A DNA stretch of 64,000 bases from the NCBI GenBank assembly GCA_019057795.1, contig JAHLWS010000021.1, positions 32,001-96,000 of the forward strand, in the 5' to 3' direction. The notes under the pieces are model-generated. The model saw only the letters and a list, made by a program, of their open reading frames with translations, did no database searches and was not told the DNA's origin. Below are positions 41,558 to 52,794 of this stretch, piece by piece; position 1 is the stretch's first letter; each line of letters begins with the position of its first letter. A program made the translations under genes and the position numbers. This stretch comes from Promethearchaeota archaeon. GTDB lineage: Archaea; Asgardarchaeota; Lokiarchaeia; Sigyniarchaeales; SOKP01.

Positions 41558-42904
41558 ATGGCAGATCTAGTAAGTATGTATGAAAAATATTTTAAAGACC
41601 CAAAACGGGAACCCGTCTTAGTTGATTACGTGCGAACGCCAATAGGGCGGAGAAAAGGTACTGTAGGCCGTCATAGAGGCGATGATTTAGTTGTACATTG
41701 TTATCATACCATTCTAAATCGTAATGATTTTGACGTAAATATAATTGGGGATTCTATTATATCTTGCAATAGTCAAATTGGAGATTGCGCCCTGGATATT
41801 GGAAGAACTGCTGCTTTAGCAGCTCATTTACCCGTAAAAGTACCTGGAATGACAATCAATCGTCAATGTGCTAGCGGTGCTCAATCAGTTATGTCTGCTT
41901 GGCAGGCAATTGCTTCAGGGATACACGATTGCGTTATTTGTGGAGGTGTTGAGGTGCAAAACCGATATCCAATTATGTCTGACGCTATTATTTTTGATAA
42001 GGAACAAAATAAAACAGTAATGATAGCGCCAAATAAGAAGATTTTAACTAACCCCGAAGTAGCAGAGAAGTTAAAAGAATATAGAACTTCATTTGCGGGT
42101 CAGATTAATTCTGCCCACGATTTAGGATTCCATTGGATGAAAAAATCTGGAAAAACTTTGGAAGAATTTAGACTTGAATTAGACGCTCTATCTTTTGCCT
42201 CACATCAAAAAGCTCTTACTACTTGGGATGAAAGAGGAAAAGAAATTGAACCGATTTGGTGTCCCAAGCTTGATGAAAATGGAAAACCCATATTAGACGA
42301 AAAAAACGAAGTTGCTAAAGATCCAAGTTTATCTGTATTGACCGAGAAAGACGAAGCGCCACGCCCAAATTCCACCATGGAAAAATTAGCAACTCTAAGA
42401 ACGATAATCGGAAGAAAAAGCAAAGCCTTTTTAACCGCAGGTAATAGTTGCCCAACTAGCGATGGTGCGGCAGTACAACTGTGGATGACGCGTGAATTAG
42501 CCGAAGAATTTGGATTAAATATTAGGGCTACAATCGTAAATTATTTTGTGCTTGGAACCGATCCTATTTTACAACTAACAGGACCAATAGATGCCATGCC
42601 TGAAGTTTTGAAAAGAGCAAACCTGACCTTTGGCGATATGAGTTTTATAGAAATCAACGAAGCCTTTAGTCCTGTAATTTATGCAAGTTGTTACGAACTA
42701 GGGCTAGATTGGAAAGACTCTCGATTTAATCCCTGGGGTGGCGCGATTGCGTTAGGACATCCTACAGGAGCAACGGGTACAAGATTAATTGGTACAAATA
42801 TTCATCAATTAGAGCAGTCTGGAAAAGAATTTGCCATAAGTTCAATGTGTGTTGGTCTCGGAATGGGTGCCGCAACCATCGTAAGAAATGAGCATCCTAA
42901 ATAA
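41558..42904 (+). CDS. thiolase (acetyl-CoA C-acyltransferase)
   Basis: NRQCASG, EINEAF, GHPTGATG, MCVGLGMG. Confidence 0.94.
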   Translation: MADLVSMYEKYFKDPKREPVLVDYVRTPIGRRKGTVGRHRGDDLVVHCYHTILNRNDFDVNIIGDSIISCNSQIGDCALDIGRTAALAAHLPVKVPGMTINRQCASGAQSVMSAWQAIASGIHDCVICGGVEVQNRYPIMSDAIIFDKEQNKTVMIAPNKKILTNPEVAEKLKEYRTSFAGQINSAHDLGFHWMKKSGKTLEEFRLELDALSFASHQKALTTWDERGKEIEPIWCPKLDENGKPILDEKNEVAKDPSLSVLTEKDEAPRPNSTMEKLATLRTIIGRKSKAFLTAGNSCPTSDGAAVQLWMTRELAEEFGLNIRATIVNYFVLGTDPILQLTGPIDAMPEVLKRANLTFGDMSFIEINEAFSPVIYASCYELGLDWKDSRFNPWGGAIALGHPTGATGTRLIGTNIHQLEQSGKEFAISSMCVGLGMGAATIVRNEHPK

Positions 42905-42990
42905 AAATTCCTATTGCTCTTTTTTTTTATTTTTTATATTTTATAAATAAATTTCACTAGTATTAAGAAAAACAAAAAAAATAATCGGCC

Positions 42991-45287
42991 TTAATCTTGG
43001 GTTATTGGTAGAGTAAAGTAGAATGTCGAACCTTGGTTTCTCCCTTCCGATTCTACCCAGATCTCTCCCCCGTGGAGTTCTACGATCTTTTTTGAGATAA
43101 ATAAGCCTAATCCCGTTCCGTCAGGAATAACTTGCAAGTTTTGACCGAATCGTTTAATTTTACCAAACTGTTTAAAAACCATCTGTATTTCTTCTCTTGC
43201 GAAACCAATTCCGTTATCTTTTATCGAAGTTAATATTAAATTGTTTTTAATATTAGAATTGATTTCAATTTTCCCATTCGGTGGAGTATATTTAATAGCG
43301 TTGTTTAAAAGGTTACTCACAACTTTATGAATTTGCTCTCGTTCAAAATTTGTTATAAGGTTTGGTTCTACATCTAATTCAATTTGGTGTTTTCTTAAAT
43401 CAGCAAAACCTTGAACTTCTTTTACACAAACATTAATTAGGTTGGAAAGGTTGTCATTTTTTGATTTTATCTTTGTGTATCCTGATTCTAATTCTGCAGC
43501 TTTTAAAATATCTCCTATAAGTTTTTGCAATCTATCTGCGCCATTCTTGATTGCCGTTATCTTTGATATTGAGTAGTCATCTAATTTGCTTCTATGATAA
43601 GTCAGCAATAGATCAGAAAATCCTTTAATAGATTGTAAAGGTGTCTTTAATTCATGAGATGTTCTTACAAACAATTCAGATTTTAATTTGTTAAGTTTTA
43701 TTAGTTCTTCTTCAGATTCTTTCAAATTTTTCTCTGCTTGTTTAATATCTGTTATTTCCCTTGCTACAACCAAGAGCTTTTTCTTTTCTAAATCGACGCT
43801 AAAGAACTTTGCCGTGATCTGAAACCACAGATAGTGGCCTTTTTGATGTTTGAACCTAATTTGATATCTATAATTCCCCTCTTCAATCCCCTTCTTAACG
43901 ATGTTATTAAAAGGAATTATATCATCCTTATGTGTAATAATCATTTTAAACGTCAATTTTAAGAACTTCTTCGCAGGATATCCCAAAACTCTAGAATGGC
44001 TTTCAGCATTTATATATATCATTCTAAATTTCTCGTCATAGAGAGAAATTAAATCATCAGAATTTTCCGAAAGTATTCTATATGTTTCCTCCGATTCTTT
44101 TAATTTTATCTCTTTATTCTTACGTTCGGTAATGTCTATGAGGATCCCTCTGATCCCAATAGGTTTTTCATCATATATCATAGGTAGAGAATAAACTAAA
44201 ACAGGAAATATATCTCCGTTTTTTTTTGTGCCAGATATTCTACTCCACCTAAATTTTCCCCTTTTAAATTTCTTGAAATATTTATTAATGCTCTCCTTCT
44301 ATCTGCAGGAATAAGTAACTGGAGAGAATTAATACCCTTTTCAATGTCTTCTGGACTATATCCAAAAAGTTCAAAACCTTTCTCGTTCACAAAGCTAAGA
44401 TTTCCGAGCGCGTCTGTTTCAAATACAACTAAAGGTAACATCTTGACGAACTCTTGGAATATTTTCTCCCTATTGATTAATTCTTTTTCTATTGTTTTTA
44501 TTTTCGTGATATCTAAAGCTGTAAATGTGGTCCCTAATGAGGGAATCTTAGGATCAACTAAGGCAGAACTAAGTAAAACTTGTATGATCTTCCCATCTTT
44601 TCTCCGAAACCGCGTTTCAACGGTTCCAATCCCGTATTTACTAATTTGGTCGTATTTTTCTTTTCCTACATACTCGTATTCTTCATCTGTAGGATATACA
44701 ATTCTAGCACTTTTGTTTATTAATTCCTCCCTATTGTAACCTACAAGATCGCAGAAAAAATCGTTTACATTAACAAAGTTACGATTAACAACCATTCCAA
44801 TTCCAATTGGTGCCGTTTTACATAAATTCTCTAATAAGGCTAGTTGTATCAACAAGTTTTGTTCTTCGTTCTTTTTAAAAGTATCATTTTTAAGATTACT
44901 TTTGTTAACCGAAGAGTTAGCTGTAAAATATTGAACAATCGTGTCAGGAGCTACAAGTTTAAAAGAAATATTATAAGAAATTCCATTATTTACAATTGGT
45001 TTACTCTCGTTTGCGGTTAAATTAAATTTATGGTTATTTAAAGCACACTCCTGCATCGCCTTTAAAATCTGAGAATTATTTTTATATATTTCTGAGGCTT
45101 TCCTTCCAAGATATTCTTTAATTTTTCCTCCACTAATTCTAGAACTCTCTTCGTTACTATTTACAAGCGTGAAAGAATTATTCATTTTTTTCCAAAGTAA
45201 AGCGGGTATCGGGATGCTCTTCAATAACATCGAAAATCTCTTTTCAATATCATCAATCTTTGATTTAAATTCCATGTTTAACCCCAA
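42991..45287 (-). CDS. multi-PAS sensor histidine kinase, split by a frameshift at T9 44219-44227 (ORFs 44196-45287 and 42991-44181)
   Basis: PAS repeats, SHELKTPL, NLLNNAIKY, DNGIG, GTGLGL; one extra A restores the PAC motif AQKKNGDIFPVLVYSLP. Confidence 0.88.
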
Positions 45288-45465
45288 TAATTAAAAAAAA
45301 AATGAATTATTTATAATAATATAATAAATTTTTAATTTAACTATTTGTTAATTGTATATAGTACGAGTCGCCCTCAAATATAAGATTCACTCTTCCTCAT
45401 TTAAATATTATCGTATTTTCGGAGGATAACTAATTAATAAACAAAATAATACATAATATAGGGGT

Positions 45466-46695
45466 TTGATTATGGAAAAAGTAGCTATAATTGGAGTCGG
45501 TCATACCAAATTTGGAAAGTTGGAAAATAAAGGGTTATTAGATTTACTCTCTGAAGCTTCTTTAGAAGCGATTTCTGATTCAAAGACCAATGATAATGAT
45601 TTTGGTGCGGTTTATGTGGGAACAATGAGTCCTGCTGCATTTAATAATCTATCAGGAGTTGCAAGTGCTTTAGTAGATAAAATTAGCCTAATTCCTGCTG
45701 CAGCCGACCATATAAAGAACGGTCCTGCGAGTGGAGGTTCTGCTGTAAAAGCTGGTTTTCAAACAATTGCTTCTGGTATGAGCGATTTAGTTTTAGTCGT
45801 TGGGGGTGAGAAGATGACGCACATTACTACTCCAGGAGCAATAACTTCTAATGTAGCAACTATAACTCATCACGAAGCAGAAAGACCTCATGGCGTATCT
45901 TTACCATCTTTTGCTGGTTTATTAACGCGAGCATATTTAGAAAAATATAACGCTAAATTGGAATGGCTTTCAGATATCGCAATTAAGAACCATAAAAATG
46001 GTGCTTTAAACCCTGTAGCACATTTTCAAAAAACTATAGACGAGTTCATGGAGAGTGCTATTCGAAAAGGAAAGGGAAATTGGGATAATATTTATGATTA
46101 TCTTAAGGACGATAAGACAAATCCAATTATCGCTGATCCGTTAAGACTTTTTCATATTTGCCCTATTTCCGATGGAGCAGCTGCCTTAGTATTATGTAAA
46201 GCAGAAATTGCAAAACAATATTGCGACACACCTATTTTGATTACTGGTATAGGTCAAGCAACTGATACTCACATAGTTCACGAAAGAGAAGACCTTACCG
46301 TATTGAAAGCGTTGAGAATTTGCTCTGATCAAGCATATAAAATGGCTAAAAAATCTCCAGAAGATATTGATGTTGCTGAACTTCACGACGCTTTTGAAAT
46401 ACTAGAGGCTGTAGAAAGCGAAGACATTGGTTTTTTTAAGAAAGGTGAAGGCGCTAAAGCAGCTCACGAAGGCTTGACTGAGATTGGAGGAAAAATCCCT
46501 ATAAATCCTTCTGGTGGCTTAAAAGCAAGAGGGCACCCACTTGGTGCTACTGGGGTTGCACAAGTGGTCGAATTGGTTTGGCAACTGCGGGGTGAAGCGG
46601 GAAAAAGACAAGTCGCAGGTGCGGAAACTGGGATTACGTGTAATTTCGGGGGATTTGGAAATAACATAATCTCTATTTTGGTTGAAAGAATGTAA
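45466..46695 (+). CDS. SCP2/Ltp-type thiolase-family protein lacking the N-terminal catalytic Cys
   Basis: NGPASG in place of NACASG; CPISDGAAA, ELHDAF, NPSGGL..RGHPLGATG. Confidence 0.88.
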   Translation: MIMEKVAIIGVGHTKFGKLENKGLLDLLSEASLEAISDSKTNDNDFGAVYVGTMSPAAFNNLSGVASALVDKISLIPAAADHIKNGPASGGSAVKAGFQTIASGMSDLVLVVGGEKMTHITTPGAITSNVATITHHEAERPHGVSLPSFAGLLTRAYLEKYNAKLEWLSDIAIKNHKNGALNPVAHFQKTIDEFMESAIRKGKGNWDNIYDYLKDDKTNPIIADPLRLFHICPISDGAAALVLCKAEIAKQYCDTPILITGIGQATDTHIVHEREDLTVLKALRICSDQAYKMAKKSPEDIDVAELHDAFEILEAVESEDIGFFKKGEGAKAAHEGLTEIGGKIPINPSGGLKARGHPLGATGVAQVVELVWQLRGEAGKRQVAGAETGITCNFGGFGNNIISILVERM

Positions 46696-46803
46696 TCAAA
46701 AGGAATATTTATAGTGATATTTAATTTTGTATTCATAGAGCCTAAAATTTTAAATTAAAATAAATCTAATCTTAATTAATAATTTGAAAACCTACTCGAA
46801 AAA

Positions 46804-47361
46804 TTGATGACAGATTCTGAAAAATTCACATTTAAGGTTATTGTTATAGGGGATGGTACCGTAGGAAAAACTTCCTTGATTAAGAAATTCACGAAGGGTT
46901 CATTTCGAAAAGAATATATTAAAACTATAGGTGCTCAATTTTCTAAGTTCGATACAGAAATTAGTGGAGATTTTATTAAATTAGTATTTTGGGATATAGC
47001 TGGCCAAGATGATTTCATTTTTTTACATCCTTCTTTTTATAGAGAAAGTAGAGCAGCTATTATTGTGTATAGTCTCGAAGAAAATAATTTTGGTAAACGA
47101 AGCTTTGATCATATTACAGATTGGCATGAAGGTATAAAAAAATACTGCGGAGATATTCCTATTGTTGCGTTTGCGAATAAGGTTGATTTAATTGAGGAAA
47201 ACAATTTGGATAAAATGAACATTCAAGAGGTTGTAAAAGAAAGAGATTTTCTCGGATATTTCTTAACATCAGCAAAAACAGGGCAGGGAGTTCACGAGGC
47301 TTTCAATGTTATCATTAATGAACTATATTATAAATTCAAGGCTTTACCTTCAGAATTATAA
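46804..47361 (+). CDS. Rab-like small GTPase
   Basis: GDGTVGKTS, YIKTIG, WDIAGQ, NKVD, TSAK. Confidence 0.95.
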   Translation: MMTDSEKFTFKVIVIGDGTVGKTSLIKKFTKGSFRKEYIKTIGAQFSKFDTEISGDFIKLVFWDIAGQDDFIFLHPSFYRESRAAIIVYSLEENNFGKRSFDHITDWHEGIKKYCGDIPIVAFANKVDLIEENNLDKMNIQEVVKERDFLGYFLTSAKTGQGVHEAFNVIINELYYKFKALPSEL

Positions 47362-47391
47362 TTTTTTTATTAATTATTAAATAAAGTGAGT

Positions 47392-49299
47392 TTATTTAAT
47401 CTCAGCAAGAAAGAGATCTGCGATTATAAGCCATTTCTGTTTTGTATCGGGATCAATTGAGCTTTTATTTATAATATCTTTACCTTTTTTAAGATTTTTA
47501 ACTGCTAAATCGTGGTTTCCAAGCGCTTTATAACAAATTCCCATTTTAATATAAGTTTGGTAAATATACCACTCGTCGCTGCCCATTACAAGCGCTTTTA
47601 AGAATCTTTTTACAGCTTTTTCATATTCTTCAAAATGCATTAAAATTTCTCCGTAGTTGTCATAATAAATTCCTATATCTGGTTCACCCTCTATAAGTTT
47701 TTGAATAATTTCTAAGGATTCATCTTTTTTATCCAAGTATTGGAACCAATAAGCCTTATAGCTAAGAAGTTCCTTACTTTTTGGATACTTTTTAAGCAAA
47801 TCTTCGATAATAACTAACCCTGCTCTTAGATTCCTCTTTCTTTTAAGAATAGATGCCTTTTTCATCATAATATCTATTTCTTCTTCAGGAAACATTTTTA
47901 ACATATTATCTAATACCCTTGAGACATCATTGTATTTGTTAAAGTAAATTAAAATTTTAATTTTTAATTTATATAAATCGATATTCATAGGATTTAACTC
48001 AATTTCCCTATCAACTTCTTTAACTTCTTCTTCGTATTGACTTTTTAAATCTTCAGAAATTTGGGAATCAAAAATTTCTGCCAAATCCTGCCAAATTATT
48101 CCTTCTAATTTATCATAAGTATCTTTTAACTCTCTTGTAATTTCAAACTTATATGCTAAATATTTAATAAATCCCGGTAAAAACTCTATTAATGATGCAT
48201 TCAAATCTTTATTAAATAAGAATTCACAACTCTTATCTACAATATCATTTATGATGGATTTCATATCAATTGTAGGCAATTCTGGCGTTAGTTTTGAAAA
48301 AAGCTTATTCAAATAAGAAACTTTTGTGATTTGATTCTCTGTGATTACTCGAAGTATTCTTTCTAATTTTCCATCTGATTGAAAGTAATATTGCTCACCT
48401 GATGGTTGCGTTAACTCGAAAAATCTTAATGGATATATTTTGCCTTCAGAAATTTCGTCAATATAATAGTCAAGTGTAATTTTTTTAATTTTATAGATTT
48501 TTGAGAAATCTTCAGAGGAAATAAAGTTTGGATATTGATCCGGATGATTAATTGAAAGAAAAAGTAAGATTTTGTAGAAAACTTCCTCATCTTTTAATAA
48601 TGGTTTTACTTTTTCATAATCTAATTTTAGAATATTAGTAAGAAATCTAAATTGTATATCTTCATCTTTAATATTGTAATTCTCAAAAAATTGGATGGTT
48701 TTATTAGTAATCTCTTCAATTCGTTTACCCTCCTCCTCTAAAATAGTTTGTCTATCTAAATCATAATTTTGAAGCATCCTTGAATACTCTGATTTACCTG
48801 CTCGGGTAATTACATATTTTCCATCCTCTTTTATTACAAAACCCCTTTCGATTAATAAACTCAAATTCTTTGACAATGAAGATTGATTTATGGATAATGG
48901 ATCTTCAAGGAAATCAGACCTTTTGCAATAATAATTATTGTAAACCATCCAAAGAATCCAGTGAGAGTAATTTCTTCCACTTTTTAAGATTATTTTAGGA
49001 GGATAATTTAGTTTACGTGCCTTTTTCTTAGCACTTGATAGCTCATGAAATTTCTTTTTTCCCTCTGAGGTAATTCTGTAATATCCTCTAGCATAATTTT
49101 CTACAAAACCTTTACGTTTTAACTTATCTAGATGTCTAGATAATGTACCTGTAGGAATTTCAATTGGTTCTTGATGGAAATCCGCCCATTTACATATATC
49201 ATTATTACTCAACATCCAGAGAATAATATGGTCATAGTCCGGCTTTTTCAACTTGGAAGGGCTATAGATCTTTTCTGGAGGATAATTTATGATTCCCAT
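47392..49299 (-). CDS. tandem winged-helix + TPR protein
   Basis: Two repeats ILWM..NN..C...DF...P..I...(T/S)LS..L..L...GFV.....Y.IT..GK; C-terminal TPRs (YDNYGEIL..., YIKMGICY...). Confidence 0.8.
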   Translation of the reverse strand: MGIINYPPEKIYSPSKLKKPDYDHIILWMLSNNDICKWADFHQEPIEIPTGTLSRHLDKLKRKGFVENYARGYYRITSEGKKKFHELSSAKKKARKLNYPPKIILKSGRNYSHWILWMVYNNYYCKRSDFLEDPLSINQSSLSKNLSLLIERGFVIKEDGKYVITRAGKSEYSRMLQNYDLDRQTILEEEGKRIEEITNKTIQFFENYNIKDEDIQFRFLTNILKLDYEKVKPLLKDEEVFYKILLFLSINHPDQYPNFISSEDFSKIYKIKKITLDYYIDEISEGKIYPLRFFELTQPSGEQYYFQSDGKLERILRVITENQITKVSYLNKLFSKLTPELPTIDMKSIINDIVDKSCEFLFNKDLNASLIEFLPGFIKYLAYKFEITRELKDTYDKLEGIIWQDLAEIFDSQISEDLKSQYEEEVKEVDREIELNPMNIDLYKLKIKILIYFNKYNDVSRVLDNMLKMFPEEEIDIMMKKASILKRKRNLRAGLVIIEDLLKKYPKSKELLSYKAYWFQYLDKKDESLEIIQKLIEGEPDIGIYYDNYGEILMHFEEYEKAVKRFLKALVMGSDEWYIYQTYIKMGICYKALGNHDLAVKNLKKGKDIINKSSIDPDTKQKWLIIADLFLAEIK

Positions 49300-49505
49300 A
49301 ATTTGAGAAAACTAAATTTTATTTTCTAAATTATAGATCGGTTTCTTTTCTATTTATATCTATTTCATAGAACTTCCATAAAAAATCGAAACTATCGTGG
49401 AACTATCGGAAGCTCAATTATAAATGCAATAATGTCTCAAAATCTAATAAGTCATCGTAAAGATGATAAAACCTAAATTTAAAGAAAAGAGTTGTTCAAA
49501 AAAAA

Positions 49506-49901
49506 ATGACCGAAATTAAAAAACTTACAAAAATCGTACTTATAGTGTATGCTATAATTTTTTTCATATTTGGGGTCATGCTTACATTTCTATATGATAT
49601 GGCATTGAATCCTGAGGGTTGGACAAATCCCTATTTCCCAAGAATGTTTGGGGGAGTTAATTTCTTATCTGCCATTTTCGCAATTTTATTGCTTCGCAAA
49701 AAGGAATGGGAAGAAATTAAATTGACATTTGCGTATTTGTTAGGATTACTTATATCGACGTTAATCATAGAAGCTGCTGTACTAGCTACATTAGGCTCCA
49801 CTTTTGGAGCTTCGATGATTCAAACAGGTTCAGGCACTATAATCTTAGAGTCTGTACTTTTAACGCTTGGAATTGTCTCTTATATCAAACAGAGAAGCTA
49901 A
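49506..49901 (+). CDS. small 4-TM membrane protein
   Basis: Four hydrophobic segments; GWTNP..PRMFG. Confidence 0.75.
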   Translation: MTEIKKLTKIVLIVYAIIFFIFGVMLTFLYDMALNPEGWTNPYFPRMFGGVNFLSAIFAILLLRKKEWEEIKLTFAYLLGLLISTLIIEAAVLATLGSTFGASMIQTGSGTIILESVLLTLGIVSYIKQRS

Positions 49902-49951
49902 ACGCAAAAAATGAATAAATTTCAAATAAAATTTTTTTTCTTTTTTTTTAT

Positions 49952-51997
49952 ATGTATTCAGAGAATCTTTACAATAGATTTAAAACAATAATTAGCTTAG
50001 ATATTCATAAGAGTATAATCCAAACAAATGAGTATATGTCTCATCCAGAACTAAAGGAATTAACAAGAGCGGAACAACTATTTGATGCTGGTGAGCTTGA
50101 TGAGGCTCTTGAGATATTAAACGATAGGGTCCAATTTGAAGGACTTAATTCTCAGCAAAAAAGTTATTTTCAGTTTCTTAAGGGATTAATTCTCTTTTAT
50201 CTTAATCAAGGCGAAGATCTCATTAGTTTAGGCGAGACAATTTATAAAGAAGGTCAAAAATGTAATGATAATCTCCAATCTTTTGATGGATTATTTTTTA
50301 TTATTACTGGATTAGCTATAGCTGGTAAATTTGAGGAAGCGTTCAATTTTTTTAAAGAAATTGAATCAGTAATAAAGTCTATTTCAAATGTGTCTAAAGA
50401 AATTATAACTCAAAGAAAAGCTCGTTTAAGTGTAGCAAAAGCCTTTGTTGGATTGCATGGTGGTAAAGTAGATTTGGTTGAGAAGTCTTTAGAGTGGATC
50501 TTAGATTCACAAGAAAAATTCGATAAATCATTCGAAATCGTCTGGGCTAATCTTTTAATGGCGAGTTATTTAGCGCGAGTAAAAAGCAAGTTTGATCTTT
50601 GTAGGGAGCACATCAAAAAAGCATTATGCCTTGCAAAGGAAATTAAATTTAATCACTACTGGATTGCTCTGTGTCAACTCTATTTTGGAGTATATTATAT
50701 ATCTATTGGCGAAATGGATAAGAGCTTGAAATATAACATAAAGGGTTTAGAATTATTTAAAAAGATAAAGAGTAGTTTTAATATTGCAATTCTATTAAAT
50801 AATATGGGGGATTTATATGGTGAAATGGGTGAATATGAACTTGCTGTGGAACATTTAGAGGAGAGTATAAATCTTTTAGAGCAGATTCCTCAAGGTTTTG
50901 TTTCTATTGAAGGCATTATTGAAAGTTTAATAACCTTAGCCGTTGAACATGGAGATAACGAACGTGTTCAAAAATATTTTCCTCGTTTGGAAGATATTTA
51001 TAACCAGAAAAGAAACGATAGAATTGAATTTGGTTACAAATTCACTAAAGCCCTAATTTTAAAAACAAGTTCTCGAATCCGAGATAAAGCAAAAGCTGAA
51101 GAATTATTCAAAGAACTTATAGAAACTGAAACTATATTTTTTGATGTTATTATAAAAGCTCATATCCATCTTTGTGACATACTTCTCATGGAATATCGTA
51201 TAGATAATGATAGCGAAATTTTTACCGAATTAAATTATTACATCGCCAAATTATTAACTATCGCAGAAAAACAACATTCATATTTAGTTTTTTGTGAAGC
51301 ATTCATACTTAAAGCTAAATTAGCTTTACTAAATTTTGAAATAAAAACAGCCCGACTGTTTTTGACTCAGGCACAAAAGATAGCAGAATCCTATGGTATA
51401 AAACGCTTAGCAATGAAAATCTCACATGAACATGATGAATTACTTAAACAATTAAACTTATGGGAGAAGTTAAAAGAATCAGAGACCCCATTATCGGAAC
51501 GTTGGAAGCTCGCAGGTTTGAACAAGCAAATGGAGAATATGGTAAGAAAACGAATGATTGCAGTACCAGAGGCATCAGAAGAAAATCCTGTAACAATTTT
51601 AGTAATAACCGAAGGCGGTACTCCATTATTTTCTCACTCATTTATTGAGGAAAAAGAATTTGAATCCTATCTTTTTAGTGGTTTTTTAACAACTATAGAT
51701 TATTTTATGAAGGAAACTTTTTCTGAAGGTCTTGATCGATTTATTTTTGGGCAATATACTCTTCTTCTGAAATCTGTGGCACCTTTTTTTATCTGTTATG
51801 TATTTAAAGGTGAATCTTATTATGCCCTTCAGAGGATTAAATATTTCATTGAAAATGTACAAAAAGAAGGAATATGGCAAAATTTGATTAAACTTTTTCA
51901 AACGAACCGATCTATTCACTTAAAAGATATCCCCTTACTTGATTCGTTAATAACCAAAACGTTTATCACTAAAAATGTTGCATTAAATGAATTTTAA
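49952..51997 (+). CDS. TPR protein with C-terminal longin-like domain (likely start at MSHPEL)
   Basis: TPRs (LNNMGDLY..MGEYELA); C-terminal ILVITEGGTPLFSHSF...LFSGFLTTIDYF.KETFSEGLDR. Confidence 0.82.
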   Translation: MYSENLYNRFKTIISLDIHKSIIQTNEYMSHPELKELTRAEQLFDAGELDEALEILNDRVQFEGLNSQQKSYFQFLKGLILFYLNQGEDLISLGETIYKEGQKCNDNLQSFDGLFFIITGLAIAGKFEEAFNFFKEIESVIKSISNVSKEIITQRKARLSVAKAFVGLHGGKVDLVEKSLEWILDSQEKFDKSFEIVWANLLMASYLARVKSKFDLCREHIKKALCLAKEIKFNHYWIALCQLYFGVYYISIGEMDKSLKYNIKGLELFKKIKSSFNIAILLNNMGDLYGEMGEYELAVEHLEESINLLEQIPQGFVSIEGIIESLITLAVEHGDNERVQKYFPRLEDIYNQKRNDRIEFGYKFTKALILKTSSRIRDKAKAEELFKELIETETIFFDVIIKAHIHLCDILLMEYRIDNDSEIFTELNYYIAKLLTIAEKQHSYLVFCEAFILKAKLALLNFEIKTARLFLTQAQKIAESYGIKRLAMKISHEHDELLKQLNLWEKLKESETPLSERWKLAGLNKQMENMVRKRMIAVPEASEENPVTILVITEGGTPLFSHSFIEEKEFESYLFSGFLTTIDYFMKETFSEGLDRFIFGQYTLLLKSVAPFFICYVFKGESYYALQRIKYFIENVQKEGIWQNLIKLFQTNRSIHLKDIPLLDSLITKTFITKNVALNEF

Positions 51998-52115
51998 TTT
52001 CTAAATTAAGGAAATTATATTTTTTACGCTATTCAATTAGTTAAAATTTTATATTAGATAATGTCTAATTTTAAATTATAAAGATAATATAATTTGAAAC
52101 ATACTTAAGAAATTA

Positions 52116-52667
52116 ATGACTAATTTTGAAGAATTTGGATTTAAGATTACCGTTATTGGGGACGGAGCGGTTGGTAAAACATCCTTAATTAAGAAATTTA
52201 CGAAAGGAACTTTTGAGAAGGATTATATCAAAACTATTGGCGCCCAATTTTCAAGATTTGATAAACAAATTGATGAAGCTATAATTAATTTAATATTCTG
52301 GGATATTGCTGGTCAAGATGATTTCAATTTTTTACGCCCTTTATTTTACAGAGAAAGCAGGGCGTGTATTATTGTATGTAGTCTTGAAGAAAATGAACTA
52401 GGTGAAGATAGTTTTATCCATATCAAGGACTGGTATAATGAACTAAAAAAGTATTGTGGGGTTATTCCTGTAGTTCTATTTGCTAACAAAGTTGATTTAG
52501 TGGATAAAAATGAATTAGATATCGATAAAATTCAAAATATTGTAAATAAACACAATTTTCTTGGCTATTATATAACATCTGCAAAAACAGGACAAGGTGT
52601 TATTGATGCATTTAATGCTATTATTAATGAATTATATTATAAATTCAAGGCTTTTTCTTCAGTATGA
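52116..52667 (+). CDS. Rab-like small GTPase (close paralogue of 46804-47361)
   Basis: GDGAVGKTS, YIKTIG, WDIAGQ, NKVD, TSAK. Confidence 0.95.
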   Translation: MTNFEEFGFKITVIGDGAVGKTSLIKKFTKGTFEKDYIKTIGAQFSRFDKQIDEAIINLIFWDIAGQDDFNFLRPLFYRESRACIIVCSLEENELGEDSFIHIKDWYNELKKYCGVIPVVLFANKVDLVDKNELDIDKIQNIVNKHNFLGYYITSAKTGQGVIDAFNAIINELYYKFKAFSSV

Positions 52668-52794
52668 TATTTTTAAGTAGTCATATCTTTTTTTATATCA
52701 ATCTTTGCTTCTAGTTTCTTTTGAACAAAGGTAGATGAATGAATAGTGTTTCTTTAAATATCTTTAAAAGGTAAAATCAGTGATTTTTATAGTT

